A DNA stretch of 64,000 bases from Ostreococcus lucimarinus (Eukaryota), in assembly GCA_000092065.1 (NCBI GenBank), contig CP000591.1; one strand, 5' to 3'. Of this stretch, positions 58,701 to 64,000 are shown in pieces. The translations under genes were made by a program, and so were the position numbers. The notes beneath the pieces are model-generated. The model ran no database searches. It saw only the letters and a list, made by a program, of their open reading frames with translations, and was not told the origin of the DNA. Within the stretch, counting starts at the first letter, position 1; the number at the start of each line of letters is the position of its first letter.

Positions 58701-59008
58701 GCGTACACCTCGCGCAACGATCGCGCGTTCTTCACGTTCGCCGTCAGCAACGCCGGCGAGGGCGCGTTCCCGCGTCTCGCTCCTCCGCTCCCCCCCGTCG
58801 TCGTTCCCATCGTCGTCATCGCGTTCGTTTTCCTCGCCGCCGGCGCCGGCGTCGCGCCCAGTCCGCACGCCGCCCGCGCGTCCGCGCGCGACATCCCTCC
58901 GACCTCGAGCGCGCGCGCGCGCGCCTTCGCGCGCTCCTTCTTCCCCATCTTCTTTTTCTTCGCCGTCGCCGTCGTCGTCGCGTCGCCGTCGCCGTCGCCG
59001 TCGCCCAT
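55736..59008 (-). CDS. Fusion protein: about 11 tandem 37-aa helical repeats (OPR/HPR/FAST-like, putative RNA-binding) + class-A FAD-dependent monooxygenase + Lys/Glu-rich tail
   Basis: Track start 59017 is GTG; the first ATG is at 59008 (MGDGDGDGD). Repeats at about 57277-58519, e.g. FNSQELTNTCWAFASVGHADARLFKALARCVERRLGE and FNAQDLVNVAWTFANSGQVNDALFTALARSVKRLMDE. FAD domain at about 55990-57255: VIIAGGGIGGAAAAVALQSKGFDVIVLES, GSDGIFSTVRRHL, LIGDAAHPMTPFKAQGANQAMSDA. Tail KKEKKAKKAKKEKKEKKEKKEK. One uninterrupted ORF. Confidence 0.8.
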   Translation of the reverse strand: MGDGDGDGDATTTATAKKKKMGKKERAKARARALEVGGMSRADARAACGLGATPAPAARKTNAMTTMGTTTGGSGGARRGNAPSPALLTANVKNARSLREVYALRDESAGRMNHIHLSAVWTSVGRMRCDGERASSSDGDGMNDAHERLIAHTIEFVRDERSKMGGRELANVAHGAAKGGGSEELFAALAKAIERHLGGIDRGQELANIAWAFAKADYKCERLFSALARMAERHAERFNSQELTNTCWAFASVGHADARLFKALARCVERRLGEFNTQGLSNTAWGFAKSGFVDVGLFRAMSQKAQERLDDFNAQDFSNLIYAFAKAGQYDAKLFTTLAKHAERHLSALNAQGLTNTVWSFSKCGHLDAELFSKFGRSIERRMTANASEFNSQDIANTAWAFGKACHHDEKLFTSLASLSERCLADFNTQDLVNTTWAFAKLGRYDAKLFVAARKSILDHRLNDLDAPNIANIVWTFDQASQLSEALFVALASAAEHQADNFNAQDLVNVAWTFANSGQVNDALFTALARSVKRLMDEFSDEELNNLEWAFTTAGQHSVVKHLKQQRHGANNEKYGPPVDVSKCGRVIIAGGGIGGAAAAVALQSKGFDVIVLESDESFDARAQGYGLTVQAQDAIQAMGVDISQDDAPSTSHYTFDAEGHIIGFFGEAFGAKSRERREVQNSGRFIHIPRQVLRSRIIEAVQPGTIRWNSKLKSFVARENGVSVASTDGTELDGALLVGSDGIFSTVRRHLDLPGDRLNYVGLCVVLGIVDEKIMNVPLAHRRIFETVDGATRLYAMPFTTTSTMWQLSFPCSEETARQYTKDATTLKEEIVRRCAQWHDPVPDLLRNTPLDCMSGYPVYDRELLDPVLLRPTDESKRRVTLIGDAAHPMTPFKAQGANQAMSDAVLLADTLVDGVRKHGPNSGFDFALPIFEQKMLSRSSRMVVGSREKAKEMHSPLALQPARKAQREAEFDMQKTLRVLREKGIGAQNASDPRGLDDLIETEAISSPLDSTSDHTAIDWMEQGGGDSQGKKVVFEDSEADEDAPEAEVKDKKRKTHEFKKEKKAKKAKKEKKEKKEKKEKDGKKSKL

Positions 59009-59046
59009 CGTCGCCACTGCGCGTCGCGCACTGCGCGTTCGGCGTC

Positions 59047-59763
59047 ATGGCGCCGGGCGTCGAGATGGTGCGCGTCGAGCGCGCCGAGCGCGCGTACGAT
59101 CGAGAGAAAGCGCTCGGTCGAGACGCCGCGAGCGTGTTCCCGTCGCTCGCGCGCGACGGCGACGGCGCCGCCGACGGAGACGCGCGAAAAGACGACGACG
59201 ACGCGACGCGCAAAAAGTTTGTCACCGAGAGCGAGCTCGAACGACTTCGCGCGCTCGGCGGGAGCGACGGCGGGGACGCGAGCGGCGCGAGCGACGCGCG
59301 AAACGACGACGCGAACGCGGGTAAACCGCTGTATCAAATCCTGGCCGAGCGCCGGGAAGAGAAAGATCGCGAGTTTCAAGAGCAGTGGGCGTCGATGAAG
59401 GTTGGGAAGAATAAACCGCTGGACGAGGAGGAGGTGGAATTTTTAGATGAAATCGAGAGCGAACGACGGGCGGCGGAGACGAAGAGGAAGCGCGAGGAAG
59501 ACGGTGAGTTAGAGGCGTTTAAACGGGCGCAGCGAGGGGACGATCAGGGAGGGATGACGACGACGAAGGGCGACGGAGAGACGGCGACGACGAGCGCGCC
59601 GGCGGCGGTGGTGGCGAGGAAGCGACCGTCCGCGGGCGTGCGAGCGAAACCGAAGACGGCGATCGCGAGCGAGACGAAGGAGACGGACGATGCGAGCGAG
59701 GGGCTCGGCGGTCTTTTGGGCGATTACGGCTCCGATTCGGACGACGACATCGCGGACTCGTAG
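59047..59763 (+). CDS. FAM192A/PIP30 (NIP30 domain) protein
   Basis: ATG at 59047. KKFVTESELERLR...KPLYQILAERREEKDREFQEQWASMKVGKNKPLDEEEVEFLDEIE, and an acidic C-terminus GDYGSDSDDD. Confidence 0.65.
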   Translation: MAPGVEMVRVERAERAYDREKALGRDAASVFPSLARDGDGAADGDARKDDDDATRKKFVTESELERLRALGGSDGGDASGASDARNDDANAGKPLYQILAERREEKDREFQEQWASMKVGKNKPLDEEEVEFLDEIESERRAAETKRKREEDGELEAFKRAQRGDDQGGMTTTKGDGETATTSAPAAVVARKRPSAGVRAKPKTAIASETKETDDASEGLGGLLGDYGSDSDDDIADS

Positions 59764-59874
59764 TTCGGCGGCGCAAAGGCGGCGCGTCGAATTCGCTTCA
59801 TGTTATTTTGATGAACCAATCAAGCCTCATTCGCGCGCGCGCGTCGTCGTCAGCGTCGTCGACGTCGCGAAGAC

Positions 59875-62874
59875 ATGATCGCATCCTCGCTTGGCGTCGC
59901 CCGAACGTCGTTCGAGCCGCGTCAGAGCGCCGCGGAACGACGAATACGACGCGTTTCTGCGCACCAGTCCACAACCCCCGAAGGCGTTCGCGGATGCGTC
60001 GTCGTGCGACGCCACCGCGGGCGTTCGAGCTCGCGTTGCGTCGCGCGCGCGGTGCATTACGCATGTGATGACGCCACGCCGTCGTGCGTCGCGCGCGATG
60101 CGCACGCGTGCGGACGAAATGGTGCGAGATACGATCCACTCAGGTTGTTGCTTCGGGACGGGACGTCCACGCGCGAGACGACGCGGCGACTGGTGCGATG
60201 TGTGCGATGCGGCGCCGCGGGCGAGAGTCGCGAAAAGAATGAGATGGTAGCGTCGAGCTGTGGGAAAGCGGACGAACGCGTGCGAGGGAAGGTGCGGCGA
60301 GCGTTGCTCGCGAGCGCGGCGAGCGCGGGCGGGTTCGCGGGACGCGCGGGAGCGTTATCGGGAGACGGCGGTTCTGGAGGCGCGGTGGGCGATGGTGGTG
60401 GGGGCGACGACGGTGGTTCGTTCGGTTCAAGTGGAGATAAACCCATATTTGCGTCCAGTGGTCGAAGTGGAGATGGAATTTTGGAGGAAGTGGTGATGCT
60501 TGACGTGCACGGCATGCACTGCGGCGGATGCGCGGCGAGCGTGCGGAAAATCTTGGAGGGCGATGACGCCGTGCGAAGCGCGTCGGTGAATTTGGCCAAT
60601 GAGTCCGCCATGGTACGCATTAATTTAGCGATGGGCAAGCTTGAGGGAGGTGAATTTGAAAATGCCGTGAAGGAGGCGGCAAAGAGTGTCGGCACCAAGT
60701 TGGCTGAGCTCGTCACTGCCGCAGGGTTCCCGACGTCTCTGCGCGACGCTGGTGGAGTCGCTGTTGCGGGAGTTACGGGTGCCGAGGCGACGAAACTAAA
60801 GAGAGACGAACGTTTGCGACGGATTAAAGAAAGCACGCAGCGCGTGATCGTGGCTTGGGCTCTCGCGAGCGCGTGCTTGTTGGGACACGTTTCACATTTT
60901 TTCCACGCGAGCGCGCCGTGGCTCAGAGTCTTGCACAGTAATCCCGTTCACATCACGCTCTCGCTCTTTGCCATGGCAGGACCAGGGCGTCAGATTTTGA
61001 TTGATGGCTGGCAAAGTTTGCGACGAGGAGGTCCGAATATGAACACGTTGGTATCCCTCGGAGCCATGGCATCTTTTTCGATGAGCACGGCGGCCATGAT
61101 GCTCCCAGGCTTAGGTTGGCCCACGTTCTTCGAGGAGCCCGTCATGTTACTAGCATTCGTACTTCTTGGGAGAGCAGTCGAGGAACGTGCCAAGCTTCAA
61201 GCAACGAGTGATATGTCTGCGCTACTGAATCTAGTGCCAGAGACCGCTCGCTTGGTGTCATCGACTTCCACGGCAAACGGAGATGAGCCATACTATCGTA
61301 CAGTTCCGACGTCTGTCATCGAAGTAAAGGATAAAATCATCGTTTTACCTGGAGATAGAATTCCCATCGATGGCACGGTAGTGAGTGGATGCAGTACGGT
61401 GGATGAAGCCGCCATCACTGGCGAGCCAATCCCTCGGCCGAAAAAAGCCGGCGACACGGTAGCGGCGGGAACAGTGAACTGTGATGGCGTTTTGACGATT
61501 GAAGTCGTGTCTTCAGGAGAAGAAACGCAAGTAGCTGGTATCGTTCGCATGGTGGAGTCAGCGCAACAACGCGAAGCGCCAGTGCAGCGACTTGCAGATC
61601 AAGTCTCTGGCAAGTTTGTGTACGGTGTGATGGCAGCGAGCGCGGCGACGTTCACGTTTTGGAGCACCGTCGGCACGAAAGTCTTCCCCGGTGTTCTTGC
61701 GACAGCTGCTTCGGCAACTAATGCACCAATTTTGATTGCACTTCAAATGACGGCGTCAGTCTTAGTCGTTGCGTGCCCGTGTGCTCTTGGTTTGGCGACG
61801 CCGACGGCGGTACTCGTCGGCACGGCGCTCGGCGCCCGCCATGGCCTTCTCATTCGCGGTGGAGACATCTTAGAAAAAGCCAACAATTTAGACACCGTTA
61901 TTTTCGACAAAACTGGAACGTTGACTATTGGTAAACCAGTATTGACGGAAACGCGCACAAGCGGGGGCTTTAGCGACGCTGAAATCATCGCTCTTGCGGG
62001 AGCGGTCGAGCGAAACTGTCGCCACCCGTTGGCGTTAGCCATCACCGAAGCGGCTGATAAGCAAGGAATTCCCCGGCATTCAGTTGATGAAGGAACGTTC
62101 AAGCAGGAGCCCGGCGCTGGAGCGAGTGCTGTGGTGAATAAGAAGCTGGTTTCCGTCGGCACAACCTTCTACATTCAAGGCAACAATACCGTGCCGATGG
62201 AGCTGATCAATGCCGTGGACAACCCAGGTCGCACGCCGGTGTACGTCGGAATCGATGGCAAAATCGTGGGTGTTTTAGAGATGCAAGACGAAATTCGTAA
62301 GGACGCGGCCGAAACCATCAAGCGACTTCATGCGAAGAATATACAAACTATCATGATTTCGGGCGACAGGCTTGAAACGGCCCAAGCAGTAGGCAAACTC
62401 GTGGGCATCGATGAAAAGTACGTATACGGGGATGTACGACCCGAGGGAAAAGCTGAACTCGTACAAGACTTTCAGTCGAAGGGCAAATGCGTCGCAATGG
62501 TCGGTGATGGTATCAACGACGCCGCAGCTTTGGCACAGGCAGACATCGGCATCGCCATGGCGGGCGGCGTCGGCGCCGCAAGCGAAGTCGCTTCCATCGT
62601 CTTGCTCGGCGATAGATTACCGCAAGTCGGCGATGCGATCGACTTGAGCAGAGCAACGTTTAACAAAATTAAGCAGAATCTGTGTTGGGCTTTTGGGTAC
62701 AACCTGATCGGTATTCCGATAGCCGCTGGCGCTTTATTGCCAGCATATGGATTGTCGCTCACGCCATCCGTGGCGGGCGCCATCATGGGATTTTCATCCC
62801 TTGGTGTCATGGGGAACTCTTTACTTTTGAAACTAAAAGGTCGAGAGCTTTCGAAGGCCGAGGAAGATGATTAA
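59875..62874 (+). CDS. PAA1: Copper-transporting P1B-type ATPase, chloroplast PAA1/HMA6-like
   Basis: HMA domain LDVHGMHCGGCAASVRKILE, TGEPIP, CPC motif VVACPCALGLATP, DKTGTLT, HPLA, GDGINDAAALA. Long basic presequence; the start (59875 or a later ATG) is uncertain. Confidence 0.9.
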   Translation: MIASSLGVARTSFEPRQSAAERRIRRVSAHQSTTPEGVRGCVVVRRHRGRSSSRCVARAVHYACDDATPSCVARDAHACGRNGARYDPLRLLLRDGTSTRETTRRLVRCVRCGAAGESREKNEMVASSCGKADERVRGKVRRALLASAASAGGFAGRAGALSGDGGSGGAVGDGGGGDDGGSFGSSGDKPIFASSGRSGDGILEEVVMLDVHGMHCGGCAASVRKILEGDDAVRSASVNLANESAMVRINLAMGKLEGGEFENAVKEAAKSVGTKLAELVTAAGFPTSLRDAGGVAVAGVTGAEATKLKRDERLRRIKESTQRVIVAWALASACLLGHVSHFFHASAPWLRVLHSNPVHITLSLFAMAGPGRQILIDGWQSLRRGGPNMNTLVSLGAMASFSMSTAAMMLPGLGWPTFFEEPVMLLAFVLLGRAVEERAKLQATSDMSALLNLVPETARLVSSTSTANGDEPYYRTVPTSVIEVKDKIIVLPGDRIPIDGTVVSGCSTVDEAAITGEPIPRPKKAGDTVAAGTVNCDGVLTIEVVSSGEETQVAGIVRMVESAQQREAPVQRLADQVSGKFVYGVMAASAATFTFWSTVGTKVFPGVLATAASATNAPILIALQMTASVLVVACPCALGLATPTAVLVGTALGARHGLLIRGGDILEKANNLDTVIFDKTGTLTIGKPVLTETRTSGGFSDAEIIALAGAVERNCRHPLALAITEAADKQGIPRHSVDEGTFKQEPGAGASAVVNKKLVSVGTTFYIQGNNTVPMELINAVDNPGRTPVYVGIDGKIVGVLEMQDEIRKDAAETIKRLHAKNIQTIMISGDRLETAQAVGKLVGIDEKYVYGDVRPEGKAELVQDFQSKGKCVAMVGDGINDAAALAQADIGIAMAGGVGAASEVASIVLLGDRLPQVGDAIDLSRATFNKIKQNLCWAFGYNLIGIPIAAGALLPAYGLSLTPSVAGAIMGFSSLGVMGNSLLLKLKGRELSKAEEDD

Positions 62875-62949
62875 GACAAGTAGAACTCTTAGGATACTGT
62901 TGTAGCAGCAATCAATTGAAATTATTTCTAAGTTGGTGAGCAAACTCCA

Positions 62950-63816
62950 CTACTTTTGCGCTTGAGCGAAGAACTCCTTTCCGCGATCTTCGATCTCCTT
63001 CAAGTATTCCGCCTGCACGCGCTGCGCGTACGATCCGTTCGGAAGATTCAGCACCACACCCTCCATGCGTCGCTGCAGATCCTTCGCGAACGCCGTCTCG
63101 TTGTAGCCTTCATTGGAAATTTCGGCAAAGCTTGTCGGCCACGCCTCGGCATTGGAGCGAATCACCTTGTCGAGCGCGGAAGACTTCTCATCCAGCTCGC
63201 GCGCGGCGTACAATTGCAACAATCTTTGCAAAATATGCACCATACCATCGAGTCCGTTCTCGTCAGACTTACGAATCCACGCGTAGAGCGTGTTCAACGT
63301 GCGCTCATCCACCGTCACCGCTTGGAGCTCATTGCGCATGCGCTCCAACGCGTCGGCTCGCAGAGGCACGTCGAATTCCCCCGAAGACGGGTCCGCGGCC
63401 GCCCCGACGACTCTTTGCAAGCTCTCGCTCGCCTCCTCCATCGTGCTCTCGGTCTTCTCAACCATAGCCTCGATGAGTTTCATGCACTTGGTCGCCGTGT
63501 CCATGATTTTCGTCTTCGTCGCGCTCTCCGTCGCCGTGTCGCTCCTCGACGCGAATCGCATCCACATCTTTTGATCAAACATCAGCACGTTCTCGACGAC
63601 AATCTTCCCTAACTCCTCTTCGCTCGCGCTCGCGAGCATGAGATCGATCACGGCGTCCATCGCCGCGAGTTCGCTCACCGCGTTGTCCTTCCCGGCGGCG
63701 TGCGCGACGACGAACCGTTTCGTCGTCTTCGTTCGCATCGCGCGCGCCGCGCCCCGTCTCGCGCGCGTCGCCGTCGCCGTCGGCGTCTTCACCGCGCGCG
63801 TCGCCATCGTCGTCAT
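62950..63816 (-). CDS. Hypothetical helical protein with a plastid-type presequence
   Basis: Track start 63999 is TTG; ATG 63816 (MTTMATRAVKTPTATATRARR). Non-repetitive helical sequence (LNTLYAWIRKSDENGLDGMVHILQRLLQLYAARELDEKS). No family recognised. Confidence 0.55.
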   Translation of the reverse strand: MTTMATRAVKTPTATATRARRGAARAMRTKTTKRFVVAHAAGKDNAVSELAAMDAVIDLMLASASEEELGKIVVENVLMFDQKMWMRFASRSDTATESATKTKIMDTATKCMKLIEAMVEKTESTMEEASESLQRVVGAAADPSSGEFDVPLRADALERMRNELQAVTVDERTLNTLYAWIRKSDENGLDGMVHILQRLLQLYAARELDEKSSALDKVIRSNAEAWPTSFAEISNEGYNETAFAKDLQRRMEGVVLNLPNGSYAQRVQAEYLKEIEDRGKEFFAQAQK

Positions 63817-64000
63817 CGCGCGTCGCGTCGCGCGGCGCCTTCTGACGTCCGGCGGCGTCGCTTTATCCGCAGCGACGTCGACGCGCGAGGCGCGGCGCGG
63901 CGAGCGCACAGCGCGACGCGACGCGACGCGGGCGAGCGAGCGCACAGCGCGCGCGACGGACGGACCCGACGCGCGGCCGTCGACGACGAAGGAAGGCAAG

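Overview
This 64-kb window is GC-rich, very gene-dense nuclear DNA from a green-lineage picoeukaryote. I count about 40 protein-coding genes on both strands. Spacers are often under 200 bp and I could support only two introns. The gene content includes an LPA1-like PSII assembly factor, DPE2, a PHT4 transporter, a PAA-type Cu-ATPase, a divergent histone H3/H4 pair, SEC16, a kinesin and SDE2. That content and the compact style suggest a Mamiellales prasinophyte (Ostreococcus/Micromonas-like); this is inference only, with no database search. All product names come from motif recognition by eye. The ORF track uses alternative start codons (TTG/GTG) and over-extends many ORFs through Arg/Ala-rich CGCGCG or GACGAC junk. 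I therefore trimmed genes to the first ATG upstream of recognisable domains, so start coordinates are the weakest part of the annotation. Main findings: (1) Two 1,738-bp near-identical direct repeats (20619-22356 and 27064-28801) flank a 4.7-kb insert with a different composition. The insert carries a divergent pair of secreted or membrane proteins (Reeler-like and FEA1/phytotransferrin-like) that may form an iron-uptake cassette, and it leaves truncated ghosts of both flanking genes. (2) A spliced SelH-like selenoprotein gene is hidden from the ORF track, with an in-frame TGA, a 97-nt intron and a canonical 3'UTR SECIS. (3) One 1,090-codon ORF fuses about 11 helical 37-aa OPR/HPR/FAST-like repeats to a class-A FAD monooxygenase. 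(4) A second GTGCGT...CTGAC...CAG intron repairs a DJ-1/PfpI gene. (5) There are several perfect tandem duplications in promoters and 3' ends (87 bp x3, 91 bp x2, 31 bp x2). No rRNA, tRNA, CRISPR array or transposase/RT-bearing mobile element was found.
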